Below are positions 7,303-16,571 of a DNA stretch of 64,000 nt, in pieces. Location: the IMG/VR virus record IMGVR_UViG_3300045988_171102. The stretch is one strand, 5' to 3'. The DNA is from a virus. Below the pieces are notes generated by a model. That model made no database searches. It had not been told where the DNA came from and worked only from the letters and a program-made list of their open reading frames with translations. Numbering within the stretch: the stretch's first letter is position 1; every line of letters starts with the position of its first letter. The position numbers and the translations under genes were made by a program.

Positions 7303-7347
7303 TTATATTTCTCCTTATCGTTTATAGTTCTCCTTAAAAGTGCCGTT

Positions 7348-7875
7348 TTAATCTTCTCTGAATGTACATTTAAGTTCTTTATACCCAACCGGAATATCAT
7401 CTTCAACGGATATAGCACACCAAGCCCAACCGCCAACTTGATCTTTATTGATGCCATAATAATCTCCGTCACCCAAACCGTTGCCTACGGCTGTCAATAA
7501 CGGCAATGGATGTAAAATCCAACCATTATTATTACATCTTGCTTTATACTTGTCACAATCGAGATATGCTCCTATTGTATGATTAACAAGATACTTACCG
7601 TCAAGATACATTTCATCCTGATGTATGCTATGTTTTTCAACCTCATCTTCCCAAGCAAATTCAAAGAGTGTCTGGTTGATTTCTTTAGAATAATCACCTA
7701 TCCACGCCACTTTACAGGGATTTTTATATAACAATTTTGCAATTGAAGAAACAAATGGATTATACCACCACGAATGTTCTGTCAATTTTGGCATTGTGTA
7801 CTTGCCATCAACTTTTTTGTTGTATGTGATTATTCTGTTGTTATTATAGACTACAACATTATAATACTGCCCCAT
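7348..7875 (-). CDS. Hypothetical protein (175 aa)
   Basis: ORF track entry with a GGAGG RBS. Confidence 0.75.
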   Translation of the reverse strand: MGQYYNVVVYNNNRIITYNKKVDGKYTMPKLTEHSWWYNPFVSSIAKLLYKNPCKVAWIGDYSKEINQTLFEFAWEDEVEKHSIHQDEMYLDGKYLVNHTIGAYLDCDKYKARCNNNGWILHPLPLLTAVGNGLGDGDYYGINKDQVGGWAWCAISVEDDIPVGYKELKCTFRED

Positions 7876-7877
7876 AA

Positions 7878-8081
7878 TTAAACCTCCTGTACACCTGCAA
7901 TCGTTTCAAGCACTTTATACAATACTCTGTACCCTTCTGGATTATATGGATTTTGAGTTGCTGCTAATAATCCGAGTAAACCGTCTGTACATTCCATTAT
8001 AGTTTGCCTGCTTGGATTATAAAAAGCAATCAAACATAAAGCTTCAGCTACATCTTCTGGATAGTATTTTACTGTAAACAT
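7878..8081 (-). CDS. Hypothetical protein (67 aa)
   Basis: ORF track entry, tightly packed in the operon. Confidence 0.65.
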   Translation of the reverse strand: MFTVKYYPEDVAEALCLIAFYNPSRQTIMECTDGLLGLLAATQNPYNPEGYRVLYKVLETIAGVQEV

Positions 8082-8083
8082 AA

Positions 8084-8356
8084 TTAAATCTCCCTATACA
8101 TTTTCTTTGCGGTTGGTACGCCATACTCTTGAACAAGATTCCAAAGCACATCCAACCCTTGTATATCTATATGCAAAATTTCTGTCGAATCTACAACACC
8201 TTGCAACCAAGCTTGTGCTGTTTCATCTGCAATATTCATGAATTTTCCATATATCTTTTTACCAGTATCGGATTCTAAAAGAACAGGTAAATCTTTGGAA
8301 TAAATTTCTTTCCTTGTATATGGTTGTTTCTTTATGATACTTTTTGATCTCCCCAT
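8084..8356 (-). CDS. Hypothetical protein (90 aa)
   Basis: ORF track entry; overlaps the end of the upstream gene. Confidence 0.65.
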   Translation of the reverse strand: MGRSKSIIKKQPYTRKEIYSKDLPVLLESDTGKKIYGKFMNIADETAQAWLQGVVDSTEILHIDIQGLDVLWNLVQEYGVPTAKKMYREI

Positions 8357-11316
8357 CTTATTACATAACCTTCTTCCGTTTTTTCTTTATACATGAGGTT
8401 CTGCAACATATTACTATCCACTCCAAAACGTTCATATAATTCATCGTCTGTCAAATCCTGATCCTTCATAAACAGATTTAATTTGTCTTTTACAAGAATC
8501 ATTTTTAACAGATTGCTTTCAATACTATTCTCGTAAGTTACAAAATACACTTGCTTGAATTCCGTTGAAGTATAACGAATAAAGCGGAAATAATACTGAC
8601 TCATGCTGGAGTTGTTCCAGTGCAATTCTGGAATAATACACTTATTCACAAAATCAATATTCATACTTGCAGATAAGCTCTGCTGTGTGCTTATTAGAAT
8701 TCCGTTTGTTGTTTCTTTTAACTCTTTGACAATTTTCTTTCTCTGTTTCAATGTAGTTTCATTTCCAGTAATCACAAATACAGGTCTACCCGGAAATGCT
8801 TTTTTGATTTCCTTTGCATATGCATCTACTACTGAAATATGACGCACACCAATAGCAACTCTTTCATCAGAAAATTCGTCTAAAAGTGATAATACAGTTT
8901 TGAATTTTTCCGGCATTATCGACTGATTGTACTCTCTCAACATCTGAGGCGCAGCGCAAATCTTCAAAAGTGCAAGCAACTGATTCAAAATTTTCAACAT
9001 TGCATCTTTCCGGCTGTTCCCAGTTTTCGCAAACAGATATTCCATTTTATAGAACTCATCCAATGCAACCTTATACAGACGTTTCTCTTCTTCTCCCATT
9101 TCACAAGCAATCTGTATAATCTCATAAAGCTGTTTGCCAGTAATTTCTTCAAATGTACGTGTGATAATCGTCTTATCAATCATCTGTTTCAAAATGTCTG
9201 CATTAAGAATATCTTGTGTGAACTGAGATACGCCAAATACAGTGATTTTCTCTGGAATATGACTCGCTGCAAATAACTTACTACCCTTACGATATGCTGG
9301 ATATGGCTGTAAAAAATATTCATTTATCCGGTTTTCCAGTTCTCCATCTTTGTTGCGTTCCATAATATACTCACATTCAGACAGCATATTGATAGAATTG
9401 TTGTACAATAATTCAAACTGAGGATAAATTTCAGTGATATTATTCCTTGTGCTTGTACCCGTCATCAGTGTTTTATACTTCAGCCGGCGAAAAGCATTTA
9501 ATACGGCTTTTGTCCGTTTACTATCCTGATTACTCATATTATCCGATTCGTCAAAAATCAAAACGGCTTTCTGGCAGATTGATTTTACATATCGCTTGAT
9601 GAATTTATGATATTTACACATCATATTTAAAGTGATAATTACAAATTGACCTTCTTTGATATTTTGAATATCTGCAAGGTTTCCAATCATAACAAAATCA
9701 ATACCGTACTGATCCAATACATCCTGCCAATTGTTCTTGATTGAGATTGCCGTACTCACAATAAATACATTTTTCACATGATCGTGCTGCAAACGATATT
9801 TACCTATTGCAATTCCGGCGAATGTTTTACCGCTTCCCTGTTCCCACTGTATGAAACTATATGGTTTCTGAATAAACAGATTCAGATCCGCTTTCTGAGC
9901 ATCATTCAGCTTTATAGTTCTTTCATCATCCGTCAATGTAAACTCATCAAGCCACTTTGCTATTTTTTTGTTTGGTTGCATTTCAGAAAATGGCATATTC
10001 TGGATATCATACATCTTTCGCTTTTTATTCACGATCTTATCAATCCATTTTGACTGAAAATGCCCCATTGAAAAGCCTTGCAACACAACATCGTTTATAG
10101 ATGTAAAATCGCCATTATACTCAAATGTATAATTGTTTTTAATAATTCTACCAGTTCTATCAAGTTTTGGATTCTGTGAACATAACGCCATTTTTAAATG
10201 CTTAATAACATCTTTCGGCTTGATTTTAAGTTGTTCCCATTCGTCCCATTTGATATGATCCGGTTTTTTCTGTGTCTTATACCTATTGACATATTCACAA
10301 CATTCTGCATACTGGCTGCATGTTTTCGGATTTCGTTTGATATCATACAGGAGTTTCTCAACCTTAAAACTCCACGCTTCATCGTCTTTACTATTTCTTA
10401 CGGTTTCCAGAAAAATCTTGTTTTTAATCTGTTCTCTTTCTTCTGTAATAGGCTTTAAATACTGCTCCCATACTTCATCGGAAGTAACACCGGAAAGTAT
10501 CTCTGTACTATATGGAACTTCTTTCGTATATTCAGATTTTTTCTGAAAGAACACTATTTTGGTCTTGTAGTTCTCAACGCCCAAATGCTTAAAAGTATTC
10601 TTGTCAAGTTCTACTTGGCAGATAAAATTAAAATGCTCATTCATTCCGTCAATCATGCCACCATCAGAGAAACTGTCAGCACAAAACGACATAGGCACGA
10701 TAATAGCCATAATTCCGGCTGGCTTTAACAGTTCCGCAGCTTTCAGACAATAATAATATTCTGACAAATAGTTACTGTCATCTTTTCTCCATCTCAGATT
10801 ATACGGTGGATTTCCCAGAACATAATCAAAAGTAATTTTCGGCTCATAAAAACGAATATCTGTATTTTCCAGCTTTGCATCTGGATAAAGGTATTTTGCC
10901 ACTCTGTACGGCTTCCCGTCTAATTCGCAACCGTAAAAATTCGATTCAACCGGCGCACAACTAATAAATGAACCATGTCCACAAGTAAGATCTGCTATCA
11001 AATCAGTATTTGAAATATGTAAACAATTATAAATCCATTCAACCAGCTTATAAGGTGTAAAGAACTGTCCTTGCTCAATATCTGCTTTCGCTCTCTGATA
11101 ATCATAGTAACTATCATAGTTGTTGAACTCTAAACCATGAAGCCCACCTAATCCAGTATATGCATTGAAAATATCATCTTTTGAAATACCTGTTTCTACT
11201 TCTGGCAAATCGTTATTCACAATATATTCAATTTTTGTATTGATGTCTTCCCTCATTTTCTGTGGGATTACTTCATTTGTACATTTATACTTCATGACTT
11301 GTATATCTCCATTCAA
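8332..11316 (-). CDS. N6-adenine DNA methyltransferase fused to an SNF2-family helicase (994 aa)
   Basis: Methyltransferase motif I is DLTCGHGSF and motif IV is GNPPYNLRW. Helicase Walker A is EQGSGKTF, motif II is LIFDESDN, the SNF2-type motif III is LMTGTSTRNNITEIYPQFELL, and a C-terminal helicase lobe is present. A start at 11295 (MKYK) is also possible. Confidence 0.8.
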   Translation of the reverse strand: MNGDIQVMKYKCTNEVIPQKMREDINTKIEYIVNNDLPEVETGISKDDIFNAYTGLGGLHGLEFNNYDSYYDYQRAKADIEQGQFFTPYKLVEWIYNCLHISNTDLIADLTCGHGSFISCAPVESNFYGCELDGKPYRVAKYLYPDAKLENTDIRFYEPKITFDYVLGNPPYNLRWRKDDSNYLSEYYYCLKAAELLKPAGIMAIIVPMSFCADSFSDGGMIDGMNEHFNFICQVELDKNTFKHLGVENYKTKIVFFQKKSEYTKEVPYSTEILSGVTSDEVWEQYLKPITEEREQIKNKIFLETVRNSKDDEAWSFKVEKLLYDIKRNPKTCSQYAECCEYVNRYKTQKKPDHIKWDEWEQLKIKPKDVIKHLKMALCSQNPKLDRTGRIIKNNYTFEYNGDFTSINDVVLQGFSMGHFQSKWIDKIVNKKRKMYDIQNMPFSEMQPNKKIAKWLDEFTLTDDERTIKLNDAQKADLNLFIQKPYSFIQWEQGSGKTFAGIAIGKYRLQHDHVKNVFIVSTAISIKNNWQDVLDQYGIDFVMIGNLADIQNIKEGQFVIITLNMMCKYHKFIKRYVKSICQKAVLIFDESDNMSNQDSKRTKAVLNAFRRLKYKTLMTGTSTRNNITEIYPQFELLYNNSINMLSECEYIMERNKDGELENRINEYFLQPYPAYRKGSKLFAASHIPEKITVFGVSQFTQDILNADILKQMIDKTIITRTFEEITGKQLYEIIQIACEMGEEEKRLYKVALDEFYKMEYLFAKTGNSRKDAMLKILNQLLALLKICAAPQMLREYNQSIMPEKFKTVLSLLDEFSDERVAIGVRHISVVDAYAKEIKKAFPGRPVFVITGNETTLKQRKKIVKELKETTNGILISTQQSLSASMNIDFVNKCIIPELHWNNSSMSQYYFRFIRYTSTEFKQVYFVTYENSIESNLLKMILVKDKLNLFMKDQDLTDDELYERFGVDSNMLQNLMYKEKTEEGYVIRWGDQKVS

Positions 11317-11346
11317 TTACATTTATTATCGTGTATATGATTCCTC

Positions 11347-12213
11347 CTAAATAAGTGTATAACCACACCATTCTCTTGCGAATTTACGGCAAAATTCTGC
11401 ATCTGTAAAAGTAACATCAACCCTTCCATTCTTGAAGAGTTTGATATGCTTGACTCCGACCTCTGGTGCTGAAAATCCATTCTGAAAATCATCCTCTTCA
11501 AGTCTTATAGAATAAGAGTCATATAGATGATTCAGTGAATAAACTTGTGTTTTTTCTCCATATGTATTAAATGCCAACGCATCAATAAAAGCACATAACC
11601 ATTCTGTACCACCGAAATTGTAATAATCAAAATATTTTTCTTTACTACAATAACCACCTGTATATGTGAATTTATTACCTTTTACTTTAATTTTCCATGT
11701 ATCACGATAGCCGTTGTAACATTTTTCTTTCAATTTATCTTTTATTTCTTTGATAGCCTTTTCTTCAAAACTCATACCGCCTAACTGGTCAAAAATCTTG
11801 TCAAGCACTGCATGGTAGTCAATGAAGTCAACAACAAGCTCTTTGATAGGTTCTGAGTCAGTGTATCTGTAATATTCTCTATCCAGATCATATCTATCAA
11901 AATTGTTTTCAAGTTGCACATTATACTTATTTGAAAAGTAACTGAAAATACCGCTTATATAATTATTTTGAACATCAGAAAGCGATTTTGGGACACCAAA
12001 ATTCCCAACTAAAAAAGAAGAATACTTGTAATTTTTGCGGTCTTCTTCTGAATATGATTCATTTTCTGCCTTATAGATATTATAAACAGACTTGTAAACT
12101 GCAATTGCTCGTTTGTATAATTCCTCTCTGTGAGTCAACCATGCTTGATCTTCCTTGCTGATTCTATCAGATTTCTTAATTTGAAAGTTTCCGAATTTAT
12201 CTGTAATTCCCAT
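11347..12213 (-). CDS. Hypothetical protein (288 aa), possibly a methylase-associated DUF4942-like protein
   Basis: ORF track entry. The C-terminal VKHIKLFKNGRVDVTFTD resembles, from memory only, the C-terminus of DUF4942 proteins. It sits next to the methyltransferase gene. Confidence 0.3.
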   Translation of the reverse strand: MGITDKFGNFQIKKSDRISKEDQAWLTHREELYKRAIAVYKSVYNIYKAENESYSEEDRKNYKYSSFLVGNFGVPKSLSDVQNNYISGIFSYFSNKYNVQLENNFDRYDLDREYYRYTDSEPIKELVVDFIDYHAVLDKIFDQLGGMSFEEKAIKEIKDKLKEKCYNGYRDTWKIKVKGNKFTYTGGYCSKEKYFDYYNFGGTEWLCAFIDALAFNTYGEKTQVYSLNHLYDSYSIRLEEDDFQNGFSAPEVGVKHIKLFKNGRVDVTFTDAEFCRKFAREWCGYTLI

Positions 12214-12270
12214 TTTATAACTCTCCTTTATACTTTTAATTTTTAACCTGTACGATGCATTGTTTTCTCT

Positions 12271-14100
12271 TTAAAATACAGGCTTATATGTATTGATAAT
12301 AGGTTTCAATCCTTGTTCCGCAAAGTATTCAAGTATAGCATCATACTGCTTTCTATCAAATAATGCCCATTTAGATTTTTGTGTAATACAATGTTCTTTG
12401 TATGATATATCAAACAGAACTGTATCAGGAAGGTCATACCATCCATTGTAGATGATAACATCTCCATAAAACCACTTATAATAAAGACCTTTCTTTCTAT
12501 GCGGCTTGAATGTCATTTTCACAGAATTATCATACTGTGCGTATTGCCCGATTTCGTAACTATGAAATGTTACTTTTGATACCGACATCATACCAAAGTC
12601 GCTATACTTTACGATTGTGATTCTCTGTCCTGCCTCAAGGTTTGTATTTTTGAATTGTTCCGCTATGCTGTCAACTTCTGTAAGAACCTTATACATAACC
12701 GTTTTAAGTTCGGGAATTGTAATTGCTCTGACAATGCCGGCATTCAACTTGAATTTATTTGCATAAATCCATTCTTTCATACAAGCCTTATATAAATCAA
12801 AATCTTCATCCTGCCATGTCTTTTTGATTTCATTTTGGCTGATAATCTCGGTGCTGACATCTTCAATAGTTTCTGCAAGTTCAATATTATGCTGATGTTC
12901 TTCTTCACTAATACCATAATCTGAATGGTAAGTGTCAACCTTTTGGCTCTGCTCATCGTAAACATATACATATCTTGCATAATTGTAACCCTGTGGATCA
13001 ACGATAAGTTTCAGTTCACCATCACAATATATAGCAACGCAATCAATATTGTACCACTCGACAGTTTCCCTTTCTTCTTCGGTCATCATATCGTAGTCTA
13101 TTGATGATTGGATTCTACTGTCATCTGTACGGCTTCCGCCCATTCCATCAAAGAATGAATAATCGCTCATCAACTGTTTTTCAAAAAGTGCATAGACCTC
13201 TGTGGTAAAATGTACTTCTCTGGAAACCTGACAAGTTTCTCTACACTGTTTTTCATCATAAATTTCAGTGTGGTCAAGGTTGTCATCTTTGTTAGCCTTT
13301 AGAATGGCATTCACGATAGTATAATCAACCGCTTTAATCTCTGCGTTCTTTTCAATTCTGCGGATTTTCTTCTGTCGTTCTGCTTCTGCTTTTTCATACT
13401 CCGCCTGCCTGATTTTATATTCTTCAACACCTTTTTTAATTCGTTCTTCTTCCTGCTTCTTTTGTTCGGCATCAAACTCTGATTTTTTTACAAGAAAATC
13501 TGTTTCAAGCTCTGTTTCGTTCGGTTTACATTCACGCTGATTATAGTTGTAATTTACAATGTCATTTTTATAAACGCCGTAAAAATTGACATCAAAATAA
13601 TCTGTCATGCTGTCGCTGTTGTCATAATTCCAGCTCTGCGCATATGTATAAGCATAATTAACAATAGCCTTCAAAGCCTCTGAATTCCGTGAAAATGGGC
13701 TTTCAAGCAATTCAACACGAATACTGTTATAATCACTCGTAACCGACCATTTGCACATTGAAAACCTATTCCGTAAATGTTTACGAATATTGGCAGCAAT
13801 TTCTTTTGTATTCGTTATGTGGGTTTTACCGTAATTATCTTCAATTCCTTCTGTATGTGTTAAAGACCATAAGTCAATGTTAGTTTCTGTTTTTGGCTTA
13901 TACTCAAAACTGCCTTCCGATTCTGAAATTTGATTAGCAAGAGCAACCGTGTCATCGTTTTGTTTTGCGTACCACATCCGCTGTTTTCCATTCCAACGAA
14001 ATCCCGCTTCTTTAATGGCAGTAATAACATCTGTATTCGGTTTAGTGTCAAAGCGTAATTCAATGCCGTTCTTCTCTGTATTTAATGTAATGTTTAACAT
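12271..14100 (-). CDS. Large hypothetical protein (609 aa) with a central coiled coil
   Basis: ORF track entry. The N-terminal GFRWNGKQRMWYAK motif resembles modules of polyvalent proteins from mobile elements. There is a K/E-rich coiled coil (EQKKQEEERIKKG...). Confidence 0.7.
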   Translation of the reverse strand: MLNITLNTEKNGIELRFDTKPNTDVITAIKEAGFRWNGKQRMWYAKQNDDTVALANQISESEGSFEYKPKTETNIDLWSLTHTEGIEDNYGKTHITNTKEIAANIRKHLRNRFSMCKWSVTSDYNSIRVELLESPFSRNSEALKAIVNYAYTYAQSWNYDNSDSMTDYFDVNFYGVYKNDIVNYNYNQRECKPNETELETDFLVKKSEFDAEQKKQEEERIKKGVEEYKIRQAEYEKAEAERQKKIRRIEKNAEIKAVDYTIVNAILKANKDDNLDHTEIYDEKQCRETCQVSREVHFTTEVYALFEKQLMSDYSFFDGMGGSRTDDSRIQSSIDYDMMTEEERETVEWYNIDCVAIYCDGELKLIVDPQGYNYARYVYVYDEQSQKVDTYHSDYGISEEEHQHNIELAETIEDVSTEIISQNEIKKTWQDEDFDLYKACMKEWIYANKFKLNAGIVRAITIPELKTVMYKVLTEVDSIAEQFKNTNLEAGQRITIVKYSDFGMMSVSKVTFHSYEIGQYAQYDNSVKMTFKPHRKKGLYYKWFYGDVIIYNGWYDLPDTVLFDISYKEHCITQKSKWALFDRKQYDAILEYFAEQGLKPIINTYKPVF

Positions 14101-14155
14101 AATGTTACCTCCTTAACATTCTGTTTTATTCCTGAGAATGCTACACAATTTTTAA

Positions 14156-14323
14156 TTATTCAAATTTAGCACCACTGAAATACCATCCGGGATGGCGTTT
14201 CAAAAGGTTTTTCAACTCATTATAACTATAACCAACGCACCATACTACAATACGACCGTCTTTGTCTCTGATGCATTGTTCTGTTCCTTTTTTTCTACTT
14301 CTACAATAATCTGCCCATGCCAT
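14156..14323 (-). CDS. Small hypothetical protein (55 aa)
   Basis: MAWADYCRSRKKG... with an AAGGAGGAAAA RBS. Below the track cutoff. Confidence 0.55.
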   Translation of the reverse strand: MAWADYCRSRKKGTEQCIRDKDGRIVVWCVGYSYNELKNLLKRHPGWYFSGAKFE

Positions 14324-14362
14324 AATATTTTCCTCCTTAAAATCAATGAAATGTTAGTTTTA

Positions 14363-14587
14363 TTACCATTTAATGTTTCCAACTTTGATATAACTATTTT
14401 CATACATCATTTCAGCAGTGTCAGATACCTTTATATCTTCCAAAGTGCAATGCTCGGACTCTATCTGCTCGAATTGCTCCCGCAAGCCCTCACCAAAAGC
14501 AATAGCACATCTTTTATTTACAACTTCCTTTTTGTCTCCCAGATATTTCGTCCGATGTCCTTTTGCGTGATACTTCACAACAAACAT
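14363..14587 (-). CDS. Hypothetical protein (74 aa)
   Basis: ORF track entry with a GAGGAGGAA RBS. Confidence 0.7.
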   Translation of the reverse strand: MFVVKYHAKGHRTKYLGDKKEVVNKRCAIAFGEGLREQFEQIESEHCTLEDIKVSDTAEMMYENSYIKVGNIKW

Positions 14588-14888
14588 TTTGATTATTCCT
14601 CCTCGATAATTTCTAACTCCCGCATTCCCACTCCCATTCCGCTTCTCTAAACTTCTTCATAAACTCATCAAAAGAAAGATTTTTCCAGTCATTGATTGTT
14701 TTCTTATTCCATCTACATTTTGCTCTGTTGAATTTGAAAGCCGTCAAGCCAGATGTTCCGAAGGATACAAAAGCAACTACTTGATATATCCATATCCTCT
14801 TTATATATGCTATTCTTTAACCTTTCTCTATATCTTTCGTAGTTTTGTTTTAGGATTTCAATATCTCTGTTGTTCATATTTTCACCCC

Positions 14889-15236
14889 TTACTGTTCGTA
14901 CACATTGTACTTCAAAATTGCATTTCCTCTAACCTGATTATCAAGAATTTTTCCGTTGTAGTTATAATACTTGCCTTTTACGGGTTCATAACCAGCAAGC
15001 CAAGGGCAAGGGCATTTCTTGAAATAGTCCTTCTTTTTCCAGTAGACATCACCGTATGGATTCTGCTTGTAGTAGTCATCCTCGATTTTCTGCCAGTCTG
15101 CAAGAATTTTCCTCTCCTGCTCGGTCAAATCCCTTTCGCCTCTCTCATAGATGGTCAAGGATTTTCCGTCATATTCGATTAACTTTGCTGGAGGAAAATC
15201 CAAACTGCTGGTCAATCCATCGGCGGTTTCAAGCAT
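14889..15236 (-). CDS. Hypothetical protein (115 aa), possibly the C-terminal part of a split gene
   Basis: ORF track entry. It overlaps the upstream 51-aa ORF at a homopolymer run. Confidence 0.6.
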   Translation of the reverse strand: MLETADGLTSSLDFPPAKLIEYDGKSLTIYERGERDLTEQERKILADWQKIEDDYYKQNPYGDVYWKKKDYFKKCPCPWLAGYEPVKGKYYNYNGKILDNQVRGNAILKYNVYEQ

Positions 15237-15384
15237 AATTTTTTACAGTATTTACAGATTGAATCGTTCTGATTCCTCTGTATCTTTCCGGGATTTCTTC
15301 TCCTGTTTTTCCATAGCGTTCCACCATTTCAAGTTTGATTTTTCCGCTTGCTGCATCTCGTTTAAAATCTGCAAGTGTTTTCAT
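15229..15384 (-). CDS. Small hypothetical protein (51 aa), possibly the N-terminal part of a split gene
   Basis: MKTLADFKRDAASGKIKLEMVERYGK... with an AAGGAG RBS. It ends just after an A6 run (plus-strand T6 at 15239-15244). Confidence 0.5.
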   Translation of the reverse strand: MKTLADFKRDAASGKIKLEMVERYGKTGEEIPERYRGIRTIQSVNTVKNYA

Positions 15385-15397
15385 TTCGTTTTCTCCT

Positions 15398-15652
15398 TTA
15401 CTTACTGTAAATTAGTTTGTCGGCTATATCACGCCATTCAAAATTTATATTTAATTTTCCGTCACAAACATCCCATTGTTGTAACTCGCTGTTAAGTATT
15501 GCAGCTAAATCCGATTCCGGATTTTCGTCAACATTTTCAATTAAAGTATCAATTTTTCCATCGTAAAAATTTCCTTGTTCCTCATAGTTATAAAGTACAA
15601 TATTTTCCGTTGTTGTATCTGTTGCCATTTCTAAAAATTCTCTGATTGTCAT
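15398..15652 (-). CDS. Acidic hypothetical protein (84 aa)
   Basis: ORF track entry with an AAGGAGGAA RBS. Confidence 0.7.
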   Translation of the reverse strand: MTIREFLEMATDTTTENIVLYNYEEQGNFYDGKIDTLIENVDENPESDLAAILNSELQQWDVCDGKLNINFEWRDIADKLIYSK

Positions 15653-15680
15653 TCTATTATTCCTCCTTGTTTATGTCTGG

Positions 15681-15745
15681 GTTGCCTCATCAGGCAGTGA
15701 GCGCCCATCTCACTGCTACGGGCTTTTTCTGCCCGTTTCGCCGAT
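15681..15745 (-). ncRNA. Hammerhead-ribozyme-like motif (type II topology) in a 5' leader
   Basis: Minus strand reads CGAAAC-GGGC(AGAAAAA)GCCC-GUA-GCAGUGAG(AUGGGCG)CUCACUGC-CUGAUGAG. Core elements and stems I and III are in canonical order. Stem II is not convincingly formed. Confidence 0.35.
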
Positions 15746-15942
15746 ATTACAACGTATTTTAATTATTTTTAAAATTCTTCTTTTATAAAACAGTAAACGG
15801 AACATCAAAAATTAGCGTGTTATAAAATGCAACAATCAATCACTGTTAAAAAAGGATTTTTGCGTAGCTCATCAACAATTTTTTCATATTCTAAATGTCG
15901 TTGATATTCAGACTCATTTAAAATATGACCAAACTGCTTTAT

Positions 15943-16200
15943 TTACATTTCATAAAAATCAGTAACATTATGAGGGTAATATAATTTTATACCGTCAGTA
16001 TATATGTTTCCCCTGTATTCATTCAAGCCGTTATCAGCTAAAACTTTATGCAGTGAAAACAATTTTGAAGGCGGTAATTGCATAATTGGTGTTATCCCAC
16101 GAATTACACCTTTAGTTTTAAGCGTATTAGAATTTTTTACAGTCCACGAATTTCTACTGATTTTTATAGAATCAGTTTTTTCAATTTCTGTAATTTTCAT
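15943..16200 (-). CDS. Hypothetical protein (85 aa)
   Basis: ORF track entry. Confidence 0.65.
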   Translation of the reverse strand: MKITEIEKTDSIKISRNSWTVKNSNTLKTKGVIRGITPIMQLPPSKLFSLHKVLADNGLNEYRGNIYTDGIKLYYPHNVTDFYEM

Positions 16201-16204
16201 AGTT

Positions 16205-16525
16205 TTAAACCTCTTTTAATAATTCCGCCGTTTCTAATTCCAATTCATAATCCGTTATTTTATTTAAATAAGATATAAAATCACGCAAATAAATAATGGC
16301 ATCCTCGCTCAATTCACATTGATAATTATTTATATATTTATATATAAGTTTCTTTAATACAAAAGTTTCTTTTATATTAAATTTATATATAGTATATATT
16401 TCCATATTGGATTTATTTAGACTATTCCAATCAAGATTTGATATATCATCATTTCTATTCATATCAGTATAATTTGTAATTATATCATAGAATTTAAGTA
16501 TTTTATTTTTAGATTCTGTTTTCAT
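16205..16525 (-). CDS. Hypothetical protein (106 aa from MKTESKNK start)
   Basis: ORF track entry 16205..16537. AAAGGTGGAA RBS lies before the ATG at 16525. Confidence 0.65.
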   Translation of the reverse strand: MKTESKNKILKFYDIITNYTDMNRNDDISNLDWNSLNKSNMEIYTIYKFNIKETFVLKKLIYKYINNYQCELSEDAIIYLRDFISYLNKITDYELELETAELLKEV

Positions 16526-16571
16526 AAATAATTCCACCTTTATTTTTTAATTATTTTGAGTTTTCACTCTA

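Noticed and set aside
8855-8875. Additional CUGAUGA matches (for example on the minus strand near 8865, and several on the plus strand inside late genes) as further hammerheads
   Set aside because: They lie inside coding sequence and lack the flanking hairpins, the GAAA element and an NUH site in the required arrangement. These are chance 7-mers.
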